Virus record (IMG/VR): IMGVR_UViG_3300008117_000099
DNA from: an uncultured virus (IMG/VR IMGVR_UViG_3300008117_000099)
Taxonomy: Duplodnaviria; Heunggongvirae; Uroviricota; Caudoviricetes
Reading direction: 5' to 3' (one strand)
DNA length: 64,000 nt
Positions within the stretch are counted from its first letter, which is position 1. Every line of letters starts with the position of its first letter. The position numbers and the translations under genes were made by a program. The notes below the pieces were generated by a model. It saw only the letters and a program-made list of their open reading frames with translations, made no database searches and was not told the DNA's origin. Shown here piece by piece: positions 38,271-47,580 of the stretch.

Positions 38271-38679
38271 TGTCTACTCCTTTATATAGCCACATGTCTT
38301 CTGGGTCTACCCAGATTTTATTTGTAAAGAACGGAATGTCTAACTCTTTCATACGGGCTTGAACTCTTTGCTGAGCTCCTGGTCCATAGTAAGTTTCTGC
38401 GCCCCAACCTTGTTCTTCCTTCTGCCAGCCTACTCGTACTAAGTAGAACTCAGCATATGGACACCAAGCTGCATATACGCCAACTGCTCCACCTTGTTCG
38501 TAGATAACTTCCCAGATATCTACATCTTCAATTTGAAGCTCACGGGAATAATCCCAGTCATACTTTGGTGGATAGACAACCTTATCGGAATCCATCCAGT
38601 TAATATCAAATACTTCACCAAAATCTTTAAAGATATTATGCGTCGATTTAAATCTCATGTTAGATAGGGTACCTAACAA
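38242..38679 (-). CDS. Hypothetical protein (likely start 38658)
   Basis: WDYSRELQIEDVDIWEVIY; soluble protein within the fibre cluster. Confidence 0.65.
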   Translation of the reverse strand: MLGTLSNMRFKSTHNIFKDFGEVFDINWMDSDKVVYPPKYDWDYSRELQIEDVDIWEVIYEQGGAVGVYAAWCPYAEFYLVRVGWQKEEQGWGAETYYGPGAQQRVQARMKELDIPFFTNKIWVDPEDMWLYKGVDSGNLKTRSI

Positions 38680-39565
38680 TCACAATGCCAGAACCACCAG
38701 CGCCTGAGCCACGAAGAACTCCGGAAGCATTTGAACCTGCTGCACCGCCACCTCCGCCACCAAGATTATTGGTTCCATTTCCTGGAGAGTCTCCAGAGTT
38801 AACGTTCATTCCACGACCACCGCCGCCTGCTCCACCAGCACCGCCAGCACCTCCGCCAGTGCGTGGGTCGCCTGAAGCTCCGCCACCACCACCGTAAGTT
38901 ACTGATGTACCTGAAATAGAGTTTGCAGTTCCAGCACCACCAGCTCTTTCTGGAGTAGAGCCATTTGCACTTCTTCCGTTACCTCCAGGAGCACTAGTAC
39001 CACCACCGCCACCGTCACCTGGAGCAGCAGTTGCACCTCCGTCAAATCCTTGACGAGGGGGCCCAGCAAATCCTGTTCCTAAACCACCAGAGTAACCGCC
39101 TCCGCCTCCGCCACAACCACCGTTTTGTGCTTGACGAGAAATACCTGATTCAGAGGAAGCGCTTCCGCCACCAAAAGATGTTAAAGAAAAAGCTGAAGAG
39201 TTTCCGCCATTAAATAGGGAAGGGTCGTGCCCAACAGCTCCAGAGGGGAAAGATGCTGCGCCAGCACCAACAACAATTGGATAATCTGTACGTGCTACTG
39301 TAAATGTACCTGTGCGTAGTCCACCAGCGCCACCTCCTCCAGAACCATCAGTTCCACCAGCAGCTCCTCCGCCACCACCGCCCGCAAGAATTAAATATTC
39401 AACAGTACCTATAGCACCTGCTGTAAACGTAGAACTACCCGTTGTAGAAAACGTATGTATACGGTAGCCACCAGCAGTTGTAATTGTTCCGCCAGTTGAT
39501 GAGGCAAGGCTAATAATGCCACCAAACGGTGTAAGCATATTTCTAATAGTTTCAATGTATGGCAT
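38660..39565 (-). CDS. Glycine-rich fibre-tip protein
   Basis: YRIHTF...VEYLILAGGGGGG...GSGIVIVRY; paralog of 32346. Confidence 0.75.
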   Translation of the reverse strand: MPYIETIRNMLTPFGGIISLASSTGGTITTAGGYRIHTFSTTGSSTFTAGAIGTVEYLILAGGGGGGAAGGTDGSGGGGAGGLRTGTFTVARTDYPIVVGAGAASFPSGAVGHDPSLFNGGNSSAFSLTSFGGGSASSESGISRQAQNGGCGGGGGGYSGGLGTGFAGPPRQGFDGGATAAPGDGGGGGTSAPGGNGRSANGSTPERAGGAGTANSISGTSVTYGGGGGASGDPRTGGGAGGAGGAGGGGRGMNVNSGDSPGNGTNNLGGGGGGAAGSNASGVLRGSGAGGSGIVIVRYPI

Positions 39566-39573
39566 TAAAACTC

Positions 39574-41436
39574 CTATGCAAACTTAGATTGGGCGCCGAG
39601 TACGGTAAATGTTGCGGATGCGGTTTTAATAATTGTAAATGTGTATGAGTCAATAGAGTTTGCATTACCCGCAGCAGGCGCATTTCCGCCGTTCCACTTA
39701 GGTGTAACAGCTGACCCATCTACCTGAAATACTGTTGGCTTATAAGCTGTAGCACCATTAGTTACCAAGAAAGCTACTGTAATAGCTTGGCCGTTAGACA
39801 TCAAAGAGTTAAGAGTAGTTGTGCCATCTCCGCGGAAATTGAAGGTCCAGTCGGCTGAAGCGTTAGATGTAAAGTATTTAGCACCAGAAGTAACCACGTC
39901 TACGGCAACTGTTCCAGTAGCAGCTGTAGCAGACACAGTAATAGTTTCTAGTGGTGAGACGAATACTGGACGGGTAAGAGTTGCGCTTAGAGCTGGAGCA
40001 TAAGTAGAAACAGCAGTACTAATATCAGCAGTTGTAGCAAGTGTGGATGTAGTAGTAGGTAGAGTTAAAACCACCGAAGAAGGAGCTGTGATAGTAGCTG
40101 GGACCGTTACTGTTCCGGTAAAGGTTGGTGAGGCTAAAGGAGCTTTAGCATTTAGCTGAGTCTGGATAGCAGAAGTTACGCCGTTAACATATTGAAGCTC
40201 TGTATTAGATACATCCCCGATAGTTGCTGAGGCAGCTGTTAAAGCGCCAACCTGTACAGGGGCAAATATAGAACCGGCTTCTGCAAAGTTAATAGTAGAA
40301 GTTGGCTTAGTCGTAACATCTTCAACAAACTTAATTACGCCATCTGAGGCATCTCGTGCTACTGCAGCAAATCTACGCTGTAGAGATACATCAGCTGAAC
40401 CTGTGGCGGAGGCCGAGGTTACGTTTGATGCAGTCTTAGCAAATGTGAAGGTAGTTGTTGTCGGGACTGCTGTGATGTAATGAGTCCCGTTAAATGTAGC
40501 GTCTACACCTGTTACAACTACGATGTCTCCGGCGGAGAATCCATGAGTTGTAGATGTTGTTAGAGTAGCTACGTTTGATGTTAAAGCCTTATTAGAAATA
40601 GCTTTGGTAATTGTTGAGATAGTGTTTGCGTACTCTCCAACAAAACCTAGGTCAAGAGCATCGCCTTGGTTCTGGTTACCAGTAAAGATAAGTGGGTCAG
40701 TAACTGCAATGTTTGCAGTTTCCACAGTTGTACCCGCGCCACCAAATGTAATTGAACCATCAATGTTGACGTCGCCTTGAATACCCACGCCACCTACGAC
40801 TGTAAGAGCACCAGTGGTTGGCGATGTAGAAGGAGTAGCAATTTCAATGTGAACGTTTTCGTCTGGAGTAATAACCATCTGAGTGTTGTCAGAAGCTAGA
40901 CCACCGGCGGCAAAAATAATCTTGTTCTGTGTACCAGAGTCACCAGTTGCAAAGACTAGGTTTCCTTGGTCAAGGTTTCCAGCCTCAGAACCAACCATGA
41001 AGATATAGCCATCGCCTTTACCTGTGATTGAGAACTCTGGGTCAGTAAATGTGCTGGATGTAATACCCATATCAATCCAGCCCGAAGCATCGGTACCGTT
41101 GTTTGAGTACAAAATAATATCTGTGGACGCGTCAGAGCCTGAGTTTCTGTTGCTAAACGCAATTTGAGCATAATCATTAGCGTTTGCTGTAACAACTAAA
41201 GTTGGGTTTGTAAGAGCAGCCGCAGTTGCAAATGATTCAGCGGTTGTTCCCAAATAAATATTATCGTTTACCGTAATATTAGAAACACCGTCTGGAGCTA
41301 CTACATGGCTGAGGGCTTCAAGAGCTTTTGCTACATAGACAAGGTCTTGTGCACTATAGGCGCTGGCTGCAAGAGAAGAGGAGATTTCACTCTTGATTGC
41401 GGTAACCTGGGTTTCCAGGCTTGTGTAGTTTGGCAT
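39574..41436 (-). CDS. Fibre protein, paralog 1
   Basis: Shared core; C-terminal KWNGGNAP...IDSYTF domain. Confidence 0.75.
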   Translation of the reverse strand: MPNYTSLETQVTAIKSEISSSLAASAYSAQDLVYVAKALEALSHVVAPDGVSNITVNDNIYLGTTAESFATAAALTNPTLVVTANANDYAQIAFSNRNSGSDASTDIILYSNNGTDASGWIDMGITSSTFTDPEFSITGKGDGYIFMVGSEAGNLDQGNLVFATGDSGTQNKIIFAAGGLASDNTQMVITPDENVHIEIATPSTSPTTGALTVVGGVGIQGDVNIDGSITFGGAGTTVETANIAVTDPLIFTGNQNQGDALDLGFVGEYANTISTITKAISNKALTSNVATLTTSTTHGFSAGDIVVVTGVDATFNGTHYITAVPTTTTFTFAKTASNVTSASATGSADVSLQRRFAAVARDASDGVIKFVEDVTTKPTSTINFAEAGSIFAPVQVGALTAASATIGDVSNTELQYVNGVTSAIQTQLNAKAPLASPTFTGTVTVPATITAPSSVVLTLPTTTSTLATTADISTAVSTYAPALSATLTRPVFVSPLETITVSATAATGTVAVDVVTSGAKYFTSNASADWTFNFRGDGTTTLNSLMSNGQAITVAFLVTNGATAYKPTVFQVDGSAVTPKWNGGNAPAAGNANSIDSYTFTIIKTASATFTVLGAQSKFA

Positions 41437-41444
41437 GTTATCTC

Positions 41445-41957
41445 CTAATCAAATATCCCCAAGCCCAATTCTAGCGCAATTACGCGGTCGTTCAGGGCAT
41501 TGGTAGTAGATGTGGTTACTAAATTAGCGGTATTGGCAATACCGTGGACATTTGTGGTCTGCAGGATATGTGAATCAATAGAGGCTGAAGAGTCATAAAT
41601 GCCGTTTAAAGAAAAGGAAATGTCGGCTGTGGTAGCTGACACGTAAGAGTCATAAATGCCGTTTAAAGAAAAGGAAATGTCGGCTGTGGTAGCTGACACG
41701 TAAACAGTATCCCCAACAGAGATAGCAAATCTATGGGACTCAATCGTATTGGCGATTGGCACGTTAACGTTATAAAGCATGTAGGCGTACTGAGAAGCCA
41801 AGGTTGCTCCAGAAGGAACTACCCATGCTCTTACAGTAGCGGTCGCGGCACCCTTATTGGTAGCAATAACTGAGCACAGATAGCTGGCTGCAGCTGTGTG
41901 AATTAAAGTGTTTGTGTTGGAGGCTGGGTTTGCAATACCCATTCTTTGGACAGCCAT
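41445..41957 (-). CDS. Fibre adaptor-like protein with 19-aa internal duplication
   Basis: Paralog of 37872; YVSATTADISFSLNGIYDS occurs twice. Confidence 0.65.
   Translation of the reverse strand: MAVQRMGIANPASNTNTLIHTAAASYLCSVIATNKGAATATVRAWVVPSGATLASQYAYMLYNVNVPIANTIESHRFAISVGDTVYVSATTADISFSLNGIYDSYVSATTADISFSLNGIYDSSASIDSHILQTTNVHGIANTANLVTTSTTNALNDRVIALELGLGIFD
41588..41703. repeat. Exact 57-bp tandem duplication
   Basis: aagagtcataaatgccgtttaaagaaaaggaaatgtcggctgtggtagctgacacgt starts at 41588 and again at 41645. Confidence 0.95.
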
Positions 41958-43666
41958 TAGACCCCCAAGAACCAGGCAGAGGTCAAGTCAGCAGACGCAG
42001 CAGTACCAGTACCACCACTACCGCCAACTTCTACAAACTCGCCGTCGTAATAAACAAGAAGAGCATCTGTAGTGCTATCAAACCACAATAGACCTTCACG
42101 AAGGTTAGTTGTTGGTTCGGTACCAGAGACAGTTACGCCACCACCAGCTTCAGACCAGACAGTTCCGTTCCATACGTAAAGCGCCTTTATTGCTGTATTG
42201 AAATAAAGGTCACCTATCCGAATGGTAGGAGTGGTCGGAGCCGCCGCTAAAGCGGGGATATTGACCGGTGATTGCTCTACATCTGCCATGACCTCAGCGT
42301 AAGGAGAGGCGTTGTCGTAGATGCTTACAATCACATCGCGGGTGTTCAAGTTGTGGGTAACTGTGTAGGAGGTAGCTGAGCCGTCTCCAATGTTAGCTGC
42401 GTACTTAGTTACAACTACTGTGCGGTCAATTGCAACAGCGTTAGCCTGTGAAAGGATACCGTCTCCAGCACCAACATCAAAGATGTTGCCGTTGGCAACA
42501 AGACCGTTACCAGCTGTATAGGTGCTAGCTCCTGAGAACTGAGCCCAGTCCTGGCTAGCAAAAGATGTTAGATAGTGATTGGACTGTACCCATGAGGTAG
42601 AGCCATAAACCGTACCTTCCATGATAAAGACAGAAGCACCAACAAGCTCTTGGTAAGTATCTGCATCAGTTGGACGAGTAAAGGTATAAGTTGTGCCGTT
42701 ATCGTTGTAAACATAGATACCATTTTCAGTATCTGTTGTCTGACCGGTAAGCAAGATACGGTAGTTATTTTCAGCGGTATCAAGAGCGGAGTGTCCGTCA
42801 ATTACAACGGTTCCGGTATTTCCTGTTAGAGGAACGTTAGCAAGAGCAATTAAGTGTGCTGCTTGCTTCCAGTTAAGACCAGCAACTGCACTATCAACAT
42901 ATCTCTTGTTAGCTGCGTCTTGTGGGTCTACTGGGTCAGCAAGGTTTGTAATCTTCTGGTTATTAAGATTTACAGATGCTGTGGCAAGAGCAAAGTCATG
43001 TAGCTTGTCTTCTAGACGAGCAAGGGTACCGTTAGCGTTTGGCAGATAGATGGTGCGGTCTGCCGTTGGGTCAACAACGCTAAGAGTTGTTTCAAAGTTA
43101 TCTGTGGTTGAGCCTTCAAATACAATTGAGGCATCTGACAAGTACAGGCCAGATACAGATGGGCTTGTAATTGTCTTGTTGGTAAGAGTGTCAACTGTGT
43201 CACGACCAACAAGTGTGGTGGTAAGGTCTGGAAGAGTTACTACTCTGTCATCTGTTGGGTCTCCAGCAGTAAGAGTAAGTTCAAAGGCATTTGCGGTTTG
43301 GCCTTCAAATACAAGGTTGACACCAGTGTCAAGAGTTACGGTGCCAGTAAAGGTTGGGTTGTTAGAAGGAGATTTGGTGTCTAACTGAGCCTGGATAGAA
43401 GAGGTAACGCCATCTACATAGTTAAGTTCTGTAGTGGTAAGGGTGGCACCATCAAGGATGTTGATTTCTGCGGCATCTGCGGTAACGCCGTTTAGACCGA
43501 TGGCCTCAAATTCCGTACCATTATAGATACGCATTTCGTTAGCGACGGTGTTGAAGTAAACCTGACCCAGAATTGGGCTTGAAGGGTTTGCCGCCAGATT
43601 TTGAATTACTGCATTTTGTAATTCATTTTTCGCCAAATCAATTGACGTTAAAAATTTACGTGCCAT
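41957..43666 (-). CDS. Neck/head fibre protein (possibly a fusion of two genes)
   Basis: MARKFL..IDL, two FEG.T...FE.TL...DPT.DR repeats, QDAANKRYVD, YTAGNGL, THNLNTRDV. Confidence 0.7.
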   Translation of the reverse strand: MARKFLTSIDLAKNELQNAVIQNLAANPSSPILGQVYFNTVANEMRIYNGTEFEAIGLNGVTADAAEINILDGATLTTTELNYVDGVTSSIQAQLDTKSPSNNPTFTGTVTLDTGVNLVFEGQTANAFELTLTAGDPTDDRVVTLPDLTTTLVGRDTVDTLTNKTITSPSVSGLYLSDASIVFEGSTTDNFETTLSVVDPTADRTIYLPNANGTLARLEDKLHDFALATASVNLNNQKITNLADPVDPQDAANKRYVDSAVAGLNWKQAAHLIALANVPLTGNTGTVVIDGHSALDTAENNYRILLTGQTTDTENGIYVYNDNGTTYTFTRPTDADTYQELVGASVFIMEGTVYGSTSWVQSNHYLTSFASQDWAQFSGASTYTAGNGLVANGNIFDVGAGDGILSQANAVAIDRTVVVTKYAANIGDGSATSYTVTHNLNTRDVIVSIYDNASPYAEVMADVEQSPVNIPALAAAPTTPTIRIGDLYFNTAIKALYVWNGTVWSEAGGGVTVSGTEPTTNLREGLLWFDSTTDALLVYYDGEFVEVGGSGGTGTAASADLTSAWFLGV

Positions 43667-43676
43667 CTAACTCTCC

Positions 43677-43979
43677 TTAAGAAAGATAGGCGTCTCCGCG
43701 AAACGCCCCGCTAAACGTTACGGTTAACGTATTTGAGCTCGTATAGGTAATTTCTCCCTCTACGATAGACCCGCCCGAATCTTGGACAGTAACGTTCGGA
43801 TACCAGCCAAGGTAATGGGTTATATTCCACACAGCCGAGGCAGTCCCTTGTACATGATGATACGCCACTGCGGGCTGATTTATGCCCCCAACTGTTATTT
43901 CATTTAAAGTTACCGAAGGTCCTGGTGGTGGAGTAACCGTAACAACAATTGGGCTATTGACTGGAATAGACGTACTCAT
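43677..43979 (-). CDS. Small virion protein
   Basis: WNITHYLGWYPNVTVQD...LTVTFSGAFRGDAYLS. Confidence 0.65.
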   Translation of the reverse strand: MSTSIPVNSPIVVTVTPPPGPSVTLNEITVGGINQPAVAYHHVQGTASAVWNITHYLGWYPNVTVQDSGGSIVEGEITYTSSNTLTVTFSGAFRGDAYLS

Positions 43980-43980
43980 A

Positions 43981-45039
43981 TTAATCCACCGTTACTTGTT
44001 GGGTTACGAACACCTGCCCACGAACATAGGTCTGTTCAAAGGTAGGGTCTACGGAACTGGTTGCTTGCAAATCCCAGAAAGCTCGTGCTGGTAGGTACGC
44101 AGTAGCTGCTGGGCTTAATGTTAAACGGATACGTCCGTTAGCGGCGTCAAACTTAGTAATGCTAAACGTTGCATAAATTGCTGGTGAATTTGGATAGGTT
44201 CTAATCTGAGCTTTGAAGTCAAGAACGGTGACATCAAATGGGAAATCAAACTCACCAGACCATGAATCGCCTTGGTATAGAGAGATATCGTAAACGCCAG
44301 CGTATGAAGGCATAGGCTTGCGTCCCTTGAGGTCGTTTTGAATGTATACACGCTCTGGCTTACGAGAGTCGTCAATTTCTTGTGCCAAGTACATAGGTAC
44401 AAGTTTATTGGTTTTGCGGCTAACACGACGTAGCGTACCCATTTCAAGACGCCACAATCCGATGTTAAGGGCAGAGCACAAATCTTTATATTGCTGTTGT
44501 CTCTGTTGAATCATGTTAGACAACTGATGGAAACGCTCAGAGCGAGGAATTGTTACACCGTCTGGTGCAAAGATATTAATATCAAAAGAAGCATCCGTTG
44601 CCAAAGCCCAAAGAGCTTCAATTGTTGCAAGGATAGCTAGAGGGTAATCTTCAACCGCAGGCATAAGGCGCAGGGTCATCTGGCTTCCCTGACCATCTGT
44701 GCGTTCGTATGTGTGCTGTTCTACTGCGGTATTAATAAAAAGCTCAAGGTCGCTATCGCTAAAATAACGATATGAAGTTCCAACAACTTTAATAGCTGCG
44801 TTGTTGGCTGGGGCGTTGACAAAGTGAATGATGCCCAAGTCTTTTTCAAGGCTGTAGTTGGCAGGGGTTGTCTGAGCCACGTTGTTGATGGTCACTACTA
44901 AAGTAGTTGGCTCGACAGGTTTGAACTTTAAGTCAAAGTCTTTATTAGTTCCATCGCCTGTGGCGGTATAGGTAAACTGCTTAGGTAGGTCGCCTAGCTC
45001 TAGTCTTACTCTAGAGACTAAGTCTGAAAGAACAGCCAC
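43981..45039 (-). CDS. Head-tail adaptor-like multidomain protein
   Basis: LVSRVRLELGD; GDGTNKDF domain; FSDSDL; C-terminal LYQGD Ig-like domain. Confidence 0.6.
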   Translation of the reverse strand: MAVLSDLVSRVRLELGDLPKQFTYTATGDGTNKDFDLKFKPVEPTTLVVTINNVAQTTPANYSLEKDLGIIHFVNAPANNAAIKVVGTSYRYFSDSDLELFINTAVEQHTYERTDGQGSQMTLRLMPAVEDYPLAILATIEALWALATDASFDINIFAPDGVTIPRSERFHQLSNMIQQRQQQYKDLCSALNIGLWRLEMGTLRRVSRKTNKLVPMYLAQEIDDSRKPERVYIQNDLKGRKPMPSYAGVYDISLYQGDSWSGEFDFPFDVTVLDFKAQIRTYPNSPAIYATFSITKFDAANGRIRLTLSPAATAYLPARAFWDLQATSSVDPTFEQTYVRGQVFVTQQVTVD

Positions 45040-45096
45040 TTACCACTCCTAACATCGCTTACACAATGGTATCGGCTACTACCAAAAAATCTTGAT

Positions 45097-45129
45097 AAAC
45101 GAAACAGCGGGCTACTTACCCGCTGCTTC
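45097..45129 (-). terminator. Intrinsic terminator
   Basis: CAGCGGG-loop-CCCGCUG followed by UUUCGUUU. Confidence 0.65.
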
Positions 45130-45142
45130 GCCAATCTAAGAC

Positions 45143-45505
45143 TTAGATATTTGCTGCTAGATAGCCTTTTTCTTTTAGATGTTCGGCTACAGCACGGGTC
45201 ACTTCGTACTTCTGACCAACCTTGAATGTGTAGTTATTTCCAGCGCCCAAGGTCATTGAGTCAATGTTCTCTACTACTCGAATTACTACTGTATCTTCTT
45301 GCTTACCAAGCTTAGTGACAGGCTCAACAATTACTGTTTGGCGGTCAGGCTTTGTAGCATCGATAACTTCTGTTTCTAATCTTACGGCTGCTTCTGCCGT
45401 TGCCATTGACATCTTGGCTGCAGTCTCTACTTGCTGCTCAGCAAACTGATTGGCGAGTTCATCGCGTGAACGTCCTGTGACGTCCGTTGGTGATTTCTTT
45501 GACAC
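45143..45505 (-). CDS. Hypothetical head-associated protein
   Basis: Directly after the capsid gene; YTFKVGQKYEV..AVAEHLKEKG. Confidence 0.65.
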   Translation of the reverse strand: MSKKSPTDVTGRSRDELANQFAEQQVETAAKMSMATAEAAVRLETEVIDATKPDRQTVIVEPVTKLGKQEDTVVIRVVENIDSMTLGAGNNYTFKVGQKYEVTRAVAEHLKEKGYLAANI

Positions 45506-45546
45506 TTTTGTATCCTCCGGTTTATTAGCTGTGTGTAAATGATAGC

Positions 45547-45568
45547 GGTGGGGCCTTGCGGCCCCACC
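45547..45568 (-). promoter_or_regulatory. GC-rich hairpin after capsid gene (mRNA stabiliser or partial terminator)
   Basis: GGUGGGGCC-GCAA-GGCCCCACC; no U tract. Confidence 0.6.
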
Positions 45569-45585
45569 CTACCTTATTAAATTGT

Positions 45586-46656
45586 TTAGTTGGTTTCTGC
45601 AATAACAACAGCCTGGTCAGTGATTAGACCAAGACCGAAGATTGAGTACCAAGCAAGAGCATGCTCACGACCGAAGTCAAGGATACCGCCATCGCGGAGC
45701 TCGACTGGAAGAGAGATTGCGTGACCGAATGCGTTGTCTCCGATGAAGAGAGCTGCATAGCGGTCTGAGCCACCGTTACCGGTCTTTGTTGCAGGAGTTA
45801 CATAACCTCCGCCAGGGGTAACTGTTGGGTTAGCGACTGTTGAATCTGCTGTGTAAGAAGTACCAGCACCGCCAGCCACCTTGAGAACCTGAGTGGTCTC
45901 AATGAATACGCAATCGTACAAACGTCCGATTTCACCAAGCATGAAGTTACCTGGAGCAGCGTACTTCGTGACTTCAATAAATTCTGGATTGTCACGGAGC
46001 TTACGGCTCTGGTGTGGGTGAACGAAGGCAACGTATGTTTCGCCGAGCCTTGGGATGTTCTTGGTTGCGAGTGTCTCTACTGCGTCCTTAACGGTCTTTG
46101 GAGACAAGAAGTAGGTGCCGGTCATTGCTGCACGGCTTGCCGCTACTGTTCCATCTGCGTACCAGTTGTTAACAGCTGAGAGTGAGCTGCGGTCTTCACC
46201 GTAGATGGTTGAAGTTGCAGCATATAGTGTGTCGCGTGATAGCTGGTCAAGATAGATAGCCATGTTACGACCGAGAAGACGTGAGGCAGAAGCCATTACG
46301 TCATCGAATGAAGCGTTGAGCAAAAGCTCTGAAACAGCAAGAGCATAACCATGCTCAGTTACTGTGATTGAGAATTGCTGTGCTGTAAGAGCGTTGGTCT
46401 GCATGCGAACACCTTCGACGAGGCTTGAAGCAAAGCCGAGGTTGTTGTAACGCATGAAGTTAATTTGAAGACCTGGTGCAACACCGAGTTCTGTCTTCTT
46501 AACTGCGAACTGCTCAAAGCGAAGGATAGGCATTGCCTGGAAAAGGATTTCCTTTGACCAGATTGTCTGAATCGCTTGAGTCAGCTGAGTGTTGGTACCT
46601 GAATAGGCTGTAGGGGCCGCAGCGAGATTGCCGGTACCCGTAATACCAGATGCCAT
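45586..46656 (-). CDS. Major capsid protein (N4 gp56-like)
   Basis: LVEGV, YVAFVHP, LRDNPEF, GEIGRLYDCVFIET, DFGRE..LAWY; follows portal and scaffold. Confidence 0.9.
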   Translation of the reverse strand: MASGITGTGNLAAAPTAYSGTNTQLTQAIQTIWSKEILFQAMPILRFEQFAVKKTELGVAPGLQINFMRYNNLGFASSLVEGVRMQTNALTAQQFSITVTEHGYALAVSELLLNASFDDVMASASRLLGRNMAIYLDQLSRDTLYAATSTIYGEDRSSLSAVNNWYADGTVAASRAAMTGTYFLSPKTVKDAVETLATKNIPRLGETYVAFVHPHQSRKLRDNPEFIEVTKYAAPGNFMLGEIGRLYDCVFIETTQVLKVAGGAGTSYTADSTVANPTVTPGGGYVTPATKTGNGGSDRYAALFIGDNAFGHAISLPVELRDGGILDFGREHALAWYSIFGLGLITDQAVVIAETN

Positions 46657-46695
46657 TTAGTTAGACTCCTTAGTTTGGATTTGGATTTTTAAGGG

Positions 46696-47466
46696 TTACC
46701 CGAACAGTCCCTTTGTCTTCCCCTGAGCACCTGGGCTCAAGAGACGACTACGATATTTTGCGTATTCGTCCATCGACATTGACGCAATATCTTGCGCCGT
46801 GAAGTTACGTTGCTCCGAATTAGTTTCCAATGGTCCGGCCGGAGGCAAAGTTGCCCTTGTCCCCGTCATCTCTCGTCTCGCATTCTGCATTGCAGATTGC
46901 GCCGATTCGAGAATTCTAGATGTGCGCTCTTTCAAGCCTTCGATGCTTGCGTCAATTTCTTCCTTAGTGTTTCCACTAATCAAATCAACGAGCTCGGGCA
47001 TGATGTTGTCGCGCTCTGTATCAAGCTTTTGAGCTCGATAGCTTTGCAGTTCTGCAAAAGTACGTTCACGTTCCAGTAGTGCAAAAGCTGTTTCACGTTC
47101 CTGACGTTCGCGCTCCAGCTGCTCCTGCCACTCAGTTTCTTTCTTCTTAAGGAGTTCACGAACTTCTAGTTCGGATTCTTCTTGTTCCTTAAGCTTGGCT
47201 GCTTCACGAGCAGAAATTTCTGCTTCTTCTGCGGCCTTACGAGCGGCTGACTCCTCGCGTTCACGCTTCAAGAAATCAACTTCTTCCTTGAGCTTATCAA
47301 TCTGAGGATAAAGTTTTTCCTTTTCCTGAGACCGAACCTTTGCGAGGTCGTCTTCTGTATAAAATTTTTGTTTAGTTGTAGCAGTTGATGAGTCAACGTC
47401 AGCAACCACTGGTGTTGTTCCTGCTTCAGCTGCGAAAGCTTCAGCGTTTACTTCTGCAGTTTCCAT
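46696..47466 (-). CDS. Capsid scaffolding protein
   Basis: Coiled coil; YTEDDL; IASMSMDEYAKYR; upstream of the capsid gene. Confidence 0.8.
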   Translation of the reverse strand: METAEVNAEAFAAEAGTTPVVADVDSSTATTKQKFYTEDDLAKVRSQEKEKLYPQIDKLKEEVDFLKREREESAARKAAEEAEISAREAAKLKEQEESELEVRELLKKKETEWQEQLERERQERETAFALLERERTFAELQSYRAQKLDTERDNIMPELVDLISGNTKEEIDASIEGLKERTSRILESAQSAMQNARREMTGTRATLPPAGPLETNSEQRNFTAQDIASMSMDEYAKYRSRLLSPGAQGKTKGLFG

Positions 47467-47541
47467 GCGTATATCCTTTATTCCTCTGGGTCGTTTTCCG
47501 AAGTGAGAGCACGTATGACCAACCGATATGTTTAGTAAACA

Positions 47542-47576
47542 ATTTTGGCCTTACAACGTTGAGTTGTCAGCCTAAA
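47542..47576 (-). promoter_or_regulatory. Putative late promoter (TTTAGGCTGACA-N17-CAAAAT)
   Basis: Shared motif upstream of scaffold/capsid. Confidence 0.55.
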
Positions 47577-47580
47577 CTGT

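Noticed and set aside
33225..41436. Diversity-generating retroelement or invertible shufflon in the fibre paralogs
   Set aside because: No reverse transcriptase or recombinase seen; copies are all co-oriented and differences do not appear adenine-specific
47470..47530. Structured scaffold leader (GGUC...GACC)
   Set aside because: Only short 3-4 bp helices; cannot be supported without comparative data
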